Notes: generated by a model not told the origin, from the sequence alone. Positions 36,617-45,718 are shown, counted from the first letter of the stretch. The stretch: 48,589 nt of DNA from Candidatus Yanofskybacteria bacterium CG10_big_fil_rev_8_21_14_0_10_46_23 (GCA_002771135.1 PCXO01000012.1:21694-70282), one strand, 5' to 3'. Numbers and translations are program-made.

Positions 36617-37231
36617 ATGCAAGAAAATCAAACGGACGCCGACTCTCGGGCTGATGAAAAAGATTCCCTGCAACTTCGCCGAGAGGCCAAGGCTTTTATT
36701 TGGGAGACCCTGAAAATTGTTATTATCTCTCTCGCAATTATTATCCCCATCCGTTATTTCGTGGTGCAACCCTTCTTTGTTCGAGGAGCTTCGATGCAAC
36801 CCAATTTTCAAAACAACGATTATATCTTAATCGACGAGATCTCTTATCGATTCAAGAGCCCCAGTCGCGGAGAGGTGGTGGTCTTTCGCTCTCCCGAAGA
36901 CACCGCCCAATTTTTTATAAAGCGAATTATCGGTTTGCCCGGAGAGACGATTCAAATAAGGGATGGCCAGGTAAGAATATTCAATGAGCAAGAGCCTCAA
37001 GGCATTGTTCTTTCTGAAACTTATCTGCCCGATAATCTCCAGACCGACGGGGTGATCACGGTTAAGGTTGACCCGAATGAATACTTTGTAATGGGAGACA
37101 ACCGACCCAATAGTTCCGACTCACGACGCTGGGGACCGGTTAACACGACCCTCATAACCGGTCGGGTTTTAGTTCGAGTTTGGCCCTTATCCGATTTTGG
37201 TCATCCTGGCTTGCCGACGTATAACTTTTAA
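36617..37231 (+). CDS. lepB: Signal peptidase I
   Basis: GASMQP, FIKRIIGLPG and GDNRPNSSDSR motifs. Confidence 0.95.
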   Translation: MQENQTDADSRADEKDSLQLRREAKAFIWETLKIVIISLAIIIPIRYFVVQPFFVRGASMQPNFQNNDYILIDEISYRFKSPSRGEVVVFRSPEDTAQFFIKRIIGLPGETIQIRDGQVRIFNEQEPQGIVLSETYLPDNLQTDGVITVKVDPNEYFVMGDNRPNSSDSRRWGPVNTTLITGRVLVRVWPLSDFGHPGLPTYNF

Positions 37232-37240
37232 ATTAAAAAT

Positions 37241-38626
37241 ATGATCAAAAAAAATACCGCAGAAGAAGAGGAAGAAATTCAGAGAACTCGGAAAAGAAAA
37301 CCAAAGATCCAAAGTGTCAAAGGAATGGCGGACATTTTGCCCGAGGAGCAGATTTTTTGGCGGCACCTTCGCCGGAAAGGCCTGAAGGTCTTGGAGGACT
37401 ATGGCTACCGTCAAGTTGAGACCCCGGTTTTGGAGTATACGAAACTTTTTACCGATTCAATCGGAGCGGGAACGGACGTTATTGACAAAGAGCTTTATTC
37501 GCTGAAAACCAAGGGAGGCGATGAGCTCAGTCTTCGACCGGAAGGCACCGCGCCCGTGGTCCGGGCTTATGTCGAAAACGGCATGAATGTTTGGCCCAGC
37601 CCAATTCAGCTTTACTACGACATGCCAATGTTTCGTCACGATCAGCCCCAACAGGGCCGGACCCGCCAATTCAACCAAATTGGAGTTGAACTTTTTGGCG
37701 TGGCCGGACCAATTGGCGATGCCCAAGTTATTTTAATTGCCTTCAAATTTCTTCAGGCGATTGGTCTGAGGAAGATTTTAGTCAAGATCAACTCTATCGG
37801 CAGTGGGGAATCTCGCAAGGAATACATTAAAAAGCTGAAGGATTTTATTCGGCCAAAACTTCGAAAACTTCCGGCGGAAGATCGGCTTCGCTATAAAACT
37901 AACATTCTGCGGATGTTTGACTCGAAGAATGAAAAGACTCAGGAAATTATGGCTGAGGCCCCTCAAATTTTGGATCATCTCGACAAGGCTTCCAAGGATC
38001 ACTTCAAAAAAGTTATTGAATTTTTGGATGATTTAGAGATTCCTTATGTTCTTGATCCAACTCTAGTTCGAGGCCTTGATTACTATACGAAAACGGTTTT
38101 TGAGATTGTCCCCGAGGAGAAACCCTCTAAAAAATCGGATGGCAAAGAAGAAGAGACGAAATCTGAAGACAAAAAGCGGGCCCCTCTCACTTTAATTGCC
38201 GGGGGACGTTATGATCGTTTGGTTGATAAAATGGGTGGTCCCAAAACTCCCGGTGTTGGCTGGGCCGCGGGGGTCGAGCGAATTATCCTGACCTTGAAAG
38301 AGAATAAGATCTCTGTCTCTGAAGGCCGAGCGACCCCGCAGATTTTTGTGGCCCAACTTGGCGACGCTGGCCAGCGCAAAGGGATGTGCCTTTTCGAGCG
38401 CTTGATTCAAGCCAATGTCAACACGGTGACCTCACTGGGTCGGGAAAGCATCAAATCTCAACTTCGCGTTGCGGACAAGGTTGGCGCCCCCTATGCTTTA
38501 ATCGTTGGCCAAAAAGAAGCCCTTGATGAGACGGTTATTTTGCGGGACATGGAGAGTGGCATTCAAGAAGTGTTGCCAATAGACAAGATTATTGATATAG
38601 TCCAAAAACGTTTGAAAAATAAATAA
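37241..38626 (+). CDS. hisS: Histidine-tRNA ligase
   Basis: LRPEGTA, LVRGLDYY and GGRYD motifs. Confidence 0.97.
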   Translation: MIKKNTAEEEEEIQRTRKRKPKIQSVKGMADILPEEQIFWRHLRRKGLKVLEDYGYRQVETPVLEYTKLFTDSIGAGTDVIDKELYSLKTKGGDELSLRPEGTAPVVRAYVENGMNVWPSPIQLYYDMPMFRHDQPQQGRTRQFNQIGVELFGVAGPIGDAQVILIAFKFLQAIGLRKILVKINSIGSGESRKEYIKKLKDFIRPKLRKLPAEDRLRYKTNILRMFDSKNEKTQEIMAEAPQILDHLDKASKDHFKKVIEFLDDLEIPYVLDPTLVRGLDYYTKTVFEIVPEEKPSKKSDGKEEETKSEDKKRAPLTLIAGGRYDRLVDKMGGPKTPGVGWAAGVERIILTLKENKISVSEGRATPQIFVAQLGDAGQRKGMCLFERLIQANVNTVTSLGRESIKSQLRVADKVGAPYALIVGQKEALDETVILRDMESGIQEVLPIDKIIDIVQKRLKNK

Positions 38627-38631
38627 GCCTT

Positions 38632-38958
38632 ATGCCCTCAATTTTTTCCAAGATCGTTGCTCGAGAAATTCCCGCTGAAATCATTGCTGAGGGCGAAGAT
38701 TGGATGGCTTTCAAAGATATTCATCCCAAGGCTCCCGTACATGTTCTCATCATTCCTAAAAAAGAAATCAGGGGCATTCAGTCTGCTGGAGAGACGGACA
38801 AAGAAATCTTAGGCAATCTGATGCTGGCGGTTGGGCAAGTTGCTCAAAATCTGGGTTTGGCCGAGTCGGGTTATCGGGTAATGATAAATCAGGGTCGCGA
38901 TGGGGGGCAAGAAGTCGACCACCTTCACCTCCACCTCTTAGGAGGCAAAAAATTATAA
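38632..38958 (+). CDS. HIT-family nucleotide-binding protein
   Basis: HLHLHLLGG histidine triad. Confidence 0.95.
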   Translation: MPSIFSKIVAREIPAEIIAEGEDWMAFKDIHPKAPVHVLIIPKKEIRGIQSAGETDKEILGNLMLAVGQVAQNLGLAESGYRVMINQGRDGGQEVDHLHLHLLGGKKL

Positions 38959-38963
38959 TAATT

Positions 38964-39230
38964 ATGGTAGATGTCAAAAGAAAAAAGAATGAAAGTGTCA
39001 GTAGCCTTTTACGGCGTTTCAGCCGGCTAGTTCAACGCGCTGGCACAATAAAATTAGGCAAGAGCGCTCGTTTTTTTGAGCGCAAGCCCAGTGTTCTTCA
39101 GGAAAAAAACCGAGCGATTATGCGGGAACATCTTCGAGCGCTTCGGAAACGCCTTGATCGCACGGGCCGATTCAATGAAGATCTTTTCCGGGAGGAGAAG
39201 AAGAAATTAAAGCGGACGATTAACCTCTAA
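38964..39230 (+). CDS. rpsU: 30S ribosomal protein S21 (C-terminally extended)
   Basis: V.VK...ESVSSLLRRF and F.RKPS motifs; HIT-rpsU-yqeY synteny. Confidence 0.8.
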   Translation: MVDVKRKKNESVSSLLRRFSRLVQRAGTIKLGKSARFFERKPSVLQEKNRAIMREHLRALRKRLDRTGRFNEDLFREEKKKLKRTINL

Positions 39231-39748
39231 TGTCCGAACTCAAAAAGAAAATCCAAGCGGAAGGCATTCAAGCCCTAAAGTCCGGGGATAAGGATAAGCG
39301 GGGGACTTTAAATTTGCTTCTTAACGCGATTAAAAACAAAGAAGTGGAAAAACGTTCCGGTCTTGCCCCCGAGGTGGAAGATCGAGAGACCGCCAGCCAG
39401 TTAACCGATGGAGAAGTTCAGAAGGTAATTCAGGCTGAGGTTAAAAAACGTCGGGACTCGATTGAAGCGTACCGGGTTGCTAACCGAGAAGAGATGGCCC
39501 AAAAAGAAGAGGCGGAGATCGGTTTAATGGAAGTTTATCTTCCGACACCCCTGAGTGATGAGGAGGTGGGTCAAACGATCGATCAAATTATTGACGAAAC
39601 TAATGCCGAGGGGCCACAAGATATGGGGGCGGTTATGGGCCAAGTCATGGCGCGCTTAGGGGGTCGGGCCGATGGGACTAAAGTCAGTCGAATGGTCATG
39701 GAGGCGCTTAACGCTTTGCAAGACGGCGGCGAATCAGCCAAGATTTAA
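39230..39748 (+). CDS. GatB/YqeY domain protein
   Basis: KKRRDSIEAY, YLP and DMGAVMG..GRADG motifs. Confidence 0.92.
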   Translation: MSELKKKIQAEGIQALKSGDKDKRGTLNLLLNAIKNKEVEKRSGLAPEVEDRETASQLTDGEVQKVIQAEVKKRRDSIEAYRVANREEMAQKEEAEIGLMEVYLPTPLSDEEVGQTIDQIIDETNAEGPQDMGAVMGQVMARLGGRADGTKVSRMVMEALNALQDGGESAKI

Positions 39749-39835
39749 ATTCGTTTGTTCCCGTTGACGGATGCCACCGAGAGTGGTATTTTTTTATGGT
39801 TCTTTGAAATTAAAAACTAGTAGAAGGAGACTTCG

Positions 39836-41251
39836 GTGAAACAAAAAAGCAAGGGGTTTTTCATCTTTGTTTGGCTCGTAATTTCGATCTTATGGGCTAT
39901 TCCGTTGGTGAGTCTTCAATCGGTCTTCTCCGAAAATCAGATGCGGATTGAAGAGAAGCATTTCGGTTTCTGGGATGCTATCTCGGAAGAAGCCATTCTG
40001 CAAGAATGGAACCGAGTTCAAGGGCTCATCGCCGAGGCCGATCCGACGGTCCAGCCACCGGAGCATTATTTCAAAGTGATCGAGGCACATCGGCGCTTTG
40101 TCAATGGGTTTTTTCGATTTGATTCTCGAGAAGATATTGATTTTCGAATTCGCTTCAATATTGAGCAATGGGTTTCTTCAATTTTCTCTACGGGTAAGAT
40201 TAATCGTATCCAAGAAGATTTTAGCCGAGTTTATACATTTAAAAAAATGGGTGTGGTGTCTCAAGAGTTCTATGGAGACTCGCGTTCTCTCGGCGACTTG
40301 TCCAAGGAGGGCGTCGATCTTCTCGGGTATGACTCCATTTCGAGGTTGTTTCTCCAAGTTTGGCTGATTACTTCGCTTCTTGCTTTCGGCTTTTTCTTTG
40401 TCCGAGTCGAGAGTTGTGGTCTCAATCCGTGGTTGGAACTGGTGATGCTTCATCTGCCTCTGGCGGCCATTTTGCATCCCATCGCCTGGAAATTTTATCC
40501 CCACTGGGTAGATACTTCCAAGCAGACTCGCCAAGCCTTGGAGCTTGCCAGTTACCTGTTGACCGCTCTCGTCTCCCTAGTGGGGATGGGCGGTCCCCTT
40601 AAGGCTCAACTCAAGGGTCAGACTAGCGGGGGAGAAACCAAAAACTCTCAAACAAAAAAAACCAAGAAAGGGACTCTCACCCCTGCGATGGAGTTTCATC
40701 CTTTTGGTTCAGAAGGGGTCCCTCTTCTAACCAGTCAGTACAGCTGGCGCTGGGGCAGTCAACTCAGTGGCTTTGGTTTCGCCGACACCTTTGATGGCGG
40801 TTGGTTCACCAACCATGCCGTTGATCTGGTTCCTGTCGCGCGAGCCTCCTTCTTGGGCGTCTCTTCCGAACAAGGGGCCGGTCCGGCCGGACCTTTCTGG
40901 AAAGTCGGCCCCAAGGTCGACGTCGGAGGATTGCCCCTCGCGGGTGGGTCTCTTGGTCGCCCCTTCCAGTTTTTGACGGCCAGCTACTACTCGCGCTTGG
41001 CAGGAGCGACCGGTCCCAATGAACTCAAGCTGGTTTGGCAAACCAAGCCTCTTGAATTGGGCCGGGATTGGCAATTGGTGACCGGTGGCTTCTATCGGAT
41101 CCTGGGGACGCCTTGGGGCAGTCGCCCCAATCTGGGCCAACCGCAGATTTGGTTTCGGAATAAGGGGTGGCCACGCTGGCGGTTTCTTGTCGAGATCGCC
41201 ATTGCTGGTCGTGATCTTGAAGTCTCGACCGGGCTGGCCTTCGCGCCATAG
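39836..41251 (+). CDS. Hypothetical membrane protein with a beta-rich C-terminal domain
   Basis: GAAGGAG SD, own promoter, TM segments, terminator at 41259-41290. Confidence 0.7.
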   Translation: MKQKSKGFFIFVWLVISILWAIPLVSLQSVFSENQMRIEEKHFGFWDAISEEAILQEWNRVQGLIAEADPTVQPPEHYFKVIEAHRRFVNGFFRFDSREDIDFRIRFNIEQWVSSIFSTGKINRIQEDFSRVYTFKKMGVVSQEFYGDSRSLGDLSKEGVDLLGYDSISRLFLQVWLITSLLAFGFFFVRVESCGLNPWLELVMLHLPLAAILHPIAWKFYPHWVDTSKQTRQALELASYLLTALVSLVGMGGPLKAQLKGQTSGGETKNSQTKKTKKGTLTPAMEFHPFGSEGVPLLTSQYSWRWGSQLSGFGFADTFDGGWFTNHAVDLVPVARASFLGVSSEQGAGPAGPFWKVGPKVDVGGLPLAGGSLGRPFQFLTASYYSRLAGATGPNELKLVWQTKPLELGRDWQLVTGGFYRILGTPWGSRPNLGQPQIWFRNKGWPRWRFLVEIAIAGRDLEVSTGLAFAP

Positions 41252-41258
41252 TTGTTCT

Positions 41259-41290
41259 GGCCCCGACTCGATGTCGAGTCGGGGCCTTTT
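41259..41290 (+). terminator. Intrinsic terminator
   Basis: GGCCCCGACTCGA-TG-TCGAGTCGGGGCC-TTTT. Confidence 0.85.
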
Positions 41291-41303
41291 GTTTTCTTTA
41301 ATG

Positions 41304-41331
41304 TTGACACTTAATTTGAGTCTGATAGAAT
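41304..41331 (+). promoter_or_regulatory. Putative rRNA sigma-70 promoter
   Basis: TTGACA-16 nt-TAGAAT with an upstream TG. Confidence 0.75.
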
Positions 41332-41529
41332 GACTCCACTAAGTTATGTAGAATATTTCCAAGCCAATGAAATAGCGTGGTGTACCCGCCAGTGGATTTT
41401 ATGGATCTACTGGCGGTTACATTAGGAGATCCAACGTAGCCGTGTATTTTAAAAATTTGAACGTCCAATTTTTTGAACAGTTATAAAAAACAGTATCTTA
41501 CTTGATACTGTTATCCAGTCCTCCTTTTA

Positions 41530-41566
<37 letters not shown>

Positions 41567-41738
41567 TGTGGATAAGGCATGCAAGTCGAGCGAGTCCGCC
41601 TTCGGGCGAGACGAGCGGCAGACGAGTTAGTAACACCTTGGTACGTACCTCGAAGTCGGGCATAACTCCGCGAAAGCGGCGCTAATTCCCGATAGTCTGG
41701 CAACAGTAAAGTTTTTACGCTTCGAGAGCGGCCTAGGT

Positions 41739-41776
<38 letters not shown>

Positions 41777-42789
41777 GATGACGGGTAGGGGGTGTGAGAG
41801 CACGACCCCCAACGATGGCACTGAGACACGGGCCATACACCTACGGGTGGCCGCAGTCGAGAATATTCCGCAATGGGCGAAAGCCTGACGGAGCGACACC
41901 GCGTGCAGGAAGACGGCCTTAGGGTTGTAAACTGCTTTTTTCAGGGAAGAATTTTGACGGTACCTGACGAATAAGGGGCTGCTAACTTCGTGCCAGCAGC
42001 AGCGGTAATACGAAGGCCCCAAGCGTTATCCGGATTAACTGGGCGTAAAACGTGAGCAGCTGGTGATATTAGTCTGATGTTAAATCTTACCGCCCAACGG
42101 TAAGGCCGCATTGGAAACGGTATCACTTGAGTTGGTAAGAGGCATACAGAACGTGCGGTGTAGGGGTGAAATCCGTTGATATTGCACGGAATACCAAAAG
42201 CGAAGGCAGTATGCTGGTGCCAAACTGACGGTCAGTCACGAAAGCGTGGGGAGCGAATGGGATTAGATACCCCAGTAGTCCACGCTGTAAACGTTGCAGA
42301 CTCGCTATCGGGAGCATCGACCCTCTCGGTGGCCAAGCAAACGCGTTAAGTCTGCTGCCTGGGAAGTACGAGCGCAAGCTTAAAACTCAAAGGAATAGAC
42401 GGGGATTTGCACAAGCGGTGGATCATGTGGTTTAATTCGATTATAAGCGGAAAACCTCACCAAGGCTTGAAATCTAGCTGCAAGCTCTGAGAAACCAGAG
42501 CCGCCTTCGAGGGTGCTAGACAGGTGCTGCACGGTTGTCGTCAGCTCGTTCCGTGAGGAGTTCTCTTAAGTGAGGAAACGAGCGCAACCCCTATTGCGTG
42601 TTATACGTGTCACGCGAGACTGCCGAGGATAACTCGGAGGAAGGTGGGGATGACGTCAAATCAGCGTGGCCCTCTGATGCCTTGGGCTACACACATGATA
42701 CAATGGGTGGTACAACGGGTTGCCAAGTCGCGAGACGGAGCTAATCCTATCAAAGCCATCCTCAGTTCGGATTGGAGGCTGCAACTTGC

Positions 42790-42825
<36 letters not shown>

Positions 42826-42864
42826 TCACGCCGCGGTGAATACGTTCTCAAATCTTGTACTCAC

Positions 42865-43725
42865 AAATAAAAGCGCCCGGCCGCTTAATTTTCTAAGTGG
42901 TTAAAGTCCACTCCTCTATTACGTCAATAGAGCGTAGCTGAAGGATAGGCCCAAAACCGCGAGGTTGGGGCCGGAGGATCCGAAAGCAAAAGACAGCCTA
43001 ATTTTCTGTTAGTAAACAGAGGGATAATCGACTCATCGTTGGGTAGTGAGGATGAGGAAGGTTAGAAGTAATCCTATTAGGATGTCTAGAAGAGAAATTT
43101 AAGTAACCCGGGGAGATCTGATGCTGTCTCTTCTATGTTAAAATAGAAGAGTAATGTAACTTATGCAGCATCAGAAGTCAGCTGGTTCGTAGTAACCACA
43201 TTTATGTGGAGAAGGAACCTCCCCAATGTATGATTGACCCAAATTATATAGTCGGTCTGGTAGATGGAGAAGGAAGTTTCACCTCTTATGTGAGGGATCT
43301 CAAGCGATCCAAAGAGGTAAAAAGGAGAAATAGGATAGAGCCGAAGTTTTACCTCACTCTTATCGAGAGAGACAAAGAAATCCTGTATCGGCTAAAAAAA
43401 TATTTTGGGTGTGGAAATGTATATTTCCAAAAAGACTCTAGATTAAATCACCAGAATTGTTATCGATATGAAGTTGGGAGGAGAGAAGATCTTAATCAAA
43501 AGATTATTCCCTTCTTCAAGAAACATCGATTGAAATTGAAGTCAAAATCAAAGGACTTCTCACTTTTCTGCGAGATAATGAAGATGATCTCGAGAGGAGA
43601 ACATCTGGGAGATGAAGGTTTAGAGAAAATTCTAAAGATTAAGCAATCAATGCACTAGGGCTCGTCGTATGCGGGAAATCCGCAGGTACGATGGGGAAGC
43701 CTCTGTTGTGTTACCAACAAGCCTT
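42865..43725 (+). mobile_element. Group II-like intron (~861 nt) at ~E. coli 16S position 1399/1400
   Basis: Interrupts CTTGTACTCAC|TGCCCGTCA; domain V-like hairpin at 43661-43695; EBS1-like GTGAG (43046-43050) in a hairpin loop, complementary to the exon end CTCAC. Confidence 0.85.
43230..43658 (+). CDS. Intron-encoded single-motif LAGLIDADG homing endonuclease
   Basis: YIVGLVDGEGSF, LKKYFGCGNV and IIPFF...L..K..DF motifs. Confidence 0.93.
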   Translation: MIDPNYIVGLVDGEGSFTSYVRDLKRSKEVKRRNRIEPKFYLTLIERDKEILYRLKKYFGCGNVYFQKDSRLNHQNCYRYEVGRREDLNQKIIPFFKKHRLKLKSKSKDFSLFCEIMKMISRGEHLGDEGLEKILKIKQSMH

Positions 43726-44070
43726 TGCCCGTCAAGTCAAGGGAGCCGGGGATACCCGAAGGACCACGATTTCCTGTGGTACGACGGTAGATTCGGTGAC
43801 ATGGACTAAGTCGTAACAAGGCAGGGCTAGCGGAAGCTGGTCCTGGATCACTTACTTACTACTTTTTAAAAGTAGTGTATCGATAGAGCTCGTTGGGTGT
43901 TTGGTTCGGTTCGATAGCCGATCACACCCTACGATCTCTGCCTGACCGAGCTCAGGCTAACAGCCGGGGCTGATCCGAAGCCAACATCGGAGTTCGCTGA
44001 TATAACGAACAAAAATTTTATATTGAGGCACTGGGTAACAGTTTCAAGTTGGATCGATTGGACTACGTTC

Positions 44071-44112
44071 ACCAAAAGCCCCGACCGCGTACGCGGTCGG
44101 GGGCTTTTGGTT
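44071..44112. terminator. Bidirectional terminator ending the 16S transcript
   Basis: ACCAAAAGCCCCGACCGCGT|ACGCGGTCGGGGGCTTTTGGT. Confidence 0.85.
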
Positions 44113-44136
44113 TCAGGCCGGATTTTATAAAAGGGA

Positions 44137-44430
44137 TTATTTCTTTTCTGTAAGTTCGGCTTTGGCCAGTTCGGCCTCAAGTCGCTCAAGGTCCATTTTG
44201 TGTTGATTCGATTTGGCTTCTAGTATGGAAATCTCGCTCGCTATCTTTTTCTTATTGTTCTCAAAAGTGGTTAAATCTGTTTTCTGTTGATTTAATCTAG
44301 TTTCTAGCGCCGAGATCTCGCTTGCTAACTTTGTTATATTGTCCTCAAGGGTAGCCAATTCGCTTCTCTTTTTGGTCAACTCTTGGGTGTCCCTTCTTAT
44401 CTCATTTTCCAAATTTTGTATGGATGACAT
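44137..44430 (-). CDS. Small coiled-coil protein
   Basis: Heptad pattern throughout; internal repeat KLASEISALE/KIASEISILE. Confidence 0.7.
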   Translation of the reverse strand: MSSIQNLENEIRRDTQELTKKRSELATLEDNITKLASEISALETRLNQQKTDLTTFENNKKKIASEISILEAKSNQHKMDLERLEAELAKAELTEKK

Positions 44431-44518
44431 AGTAAATTATTTTTATAGTATAGATATTATACCATAGTCTATTTTGACCTAAAGATTTCTTATGTTATAA
44501 AAAATTGGGAGGTTCAAT

Positions 44519-44629
44519 ATGGAGTTCTTAGTTTCGTTGGGGGCCATTCTGTTTTTTATCATTCTGGTTGGTGGCGGAATGTTGTTTTTGGCCCATCAAG
44601 AAGCCAAAAACAACAAGCTAATTGGGTAA
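44519..44629 (+). CDS. 36-aa single-TM protein MEFLVSLGAILFFIILVGGGMLFLAHQEAKNNKLIG
   Basis: TTGACC..TATAAA promoter, GGGAGGT SD, terminator GGCGGCGC-TTC-GCGCCGCC-TTTT; below the ORF-track size cutoff. Confidence 0.75.
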   Translation: MEFLVSLGAILFFIILVGGGMLFLAHQEAKNNKLIG

Positions 44630-44732
44630 TTCCTCGGCGGCGCTTCGCGCCGCCTTTTATTTGACAAAGCTTTAATTTTGTTATAAAAATCAGTTGTTCG
44701 TTGACAATCCTATAATGTGGAAGGAAGGAAAA

Positions 44733-44897
44733 ATGATTTCGACAGTCCTGTTCTTTTTTGGTCTTGTCTCGATGCTTCTTGGGTTATTCATGTTCCTTTT
44801 GAAGTTCCCGTCCGGGAAGCCAACATCTCTTATGCCGGTGTTGACTGGATTTTTGATCGTGATGCTTTCACTCACAATGGGGTTTTTCGGTTGCTGA
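44733..44897 (+). CDS. 54-aa two-TM protein
   Basis: GGAAGGAAGG SD before ATG 44733; TTGACA..TATAAA promoter. Confidence 0.6.
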   Translation: MISTVLFFFGLVSMLLGLFMFLLKFPSGKPTSLMPVLTGFLIVMLSLTMGFFGC

Positions 44898-44913
44898 ATT
44901 GAAAGGAAGGACC

Positions 44914-45429
44914 ATGAAAATCAAAAAAACGAATCCGAACCATTGGCTCGATTGGGTGCTGTGGCCGATTCTTCGGCTTCTTCTCGAGCCCTTTACCGAA
45001 AAACAGTCCCACGGCTGGCACTGGCGGGACTTTGGTTTGGAGCACCGGCTTCCAACACGCGGAGCCATCAAGGTGCTCAAAGATCCAAAGGCCAAACCTC
45101 GCGGCGGCCCTTGGAGCTGGTCAAACTTTTTCCAGACCAATTTTGGCTGGCAAAAAGTCGTTGTTCTCAGGAGACGGTTTTCCGCCTCCCCTGTCCCGTT
45201 TGAGTTTGACTCTCACTACCGAATGGGCTATGAGCTGGCCCAGGATGGTCGGGTTACCCACCGGCAACTTTGCTCTTGCCTAATTCCAACTAACAGCTCG
45301 GTGGCCTTGTTAATTGGGGATGGCGATGTCCAATTTTTCGGCTTTAGGCCGGACTGGGGACTGGTTGACCTCTATTTGGTGGAGATAACCACCAAATCAA
45401 AGCTCGACCCCGACATTCCGCTTATCTGA
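44914..45429 (+). CDS. Hypothetical Trp-rich protein
   Basis: AGGAAGGA SD before ATG 44914. Confidence 0.65.
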   Translation: MKIKKTNPNHWLDWVLWPILRLLLEPFTEKQSHGWHWRDFGLEHRLPTRGAIKVLKDPKAKPRGGPWSWSNFFQTNFGWQKVVVLRRRFSASPVPFEFDSHYRMGYELAQDGRVTHRQLCSCLIPTNSSVALLIGDGDVQFFGFRPDWGLVDLYLVEITTKSKLDPDIPLI

Positions 45430-45469
45430 AAGGTCTCTATGAAGAGAAGCTCTTAAAGCGGAGGCGCGC

Positions 45470-45640
45470 ATGTTCCCTTCTTGGGAAGACTTGGCCGGCT
45501 TCTTGGTTCGATACCTTCAAGCCGAGCTCGGCTCTTCAAAAGAGGCCCAAAAGGCTAGAAGTTTGAAGAAATTAGCGCAGGCTCGGAAAGTCCTGACTCA
45601 AGATCAAGCGGTTGGTCTTGGCCTCTGGGGCGTTGATTAG
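45470..45640 (+). CDS. 56-aa hypothetical protein MFPSWEDLAGFLVRYLQ...
   Basis: GGAGG SD; stop immediately before a terminator; not in the ORF track. Confidence 0.55.
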   Translation: MFPSWEDLAGFLVRYLQAELGSSKEAQKARSLKKLAQARKVLTQDQAVGLGLWGVD

Positions 45641-45645
45641 TTTCC

Positions 45646-45682
45646 ACCCCCCCCGTCCGCCAGCTGGCGGACGGGGGTTTTA
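45646..45682 (+). terminator. Terminator containing the palindrome GTCCGCCAGCTGGCGGAC
   Basis: CCCCCGTCCGCCAG|CTGGCGGACGGGGG followed by TTTT. Confidence 0.8.
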
Positions 45683-45718
45683 TTTTACTCAAATCTTAAA
45701 ATCGGCTATAAAACCAAC

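Noticed and set aside
5365-38626. Six aminoacyl-tRNA synthetases within 33 kb as a special cluster
   Set aside because: Plausibly just the density of core genes in a reduced genome; no T-box or shared leader was seen
42865-43725. Group I intron assignment, the usual host of LAGLIDADG genes
   Set aside because: The 5' exon does not end in U at the inferred site and no P7 core was recognised, whereas domain V and EBS1-like elements are present
43859-44070. tRNA, 5S or SRP RNA in the 16S trailer; ORF 43929..44189
   Set aside because: Hairpins are present but no cloverleaf, 5S or SRP motifs were seen; the ORF is antisense to the trailer and crosses the terminator
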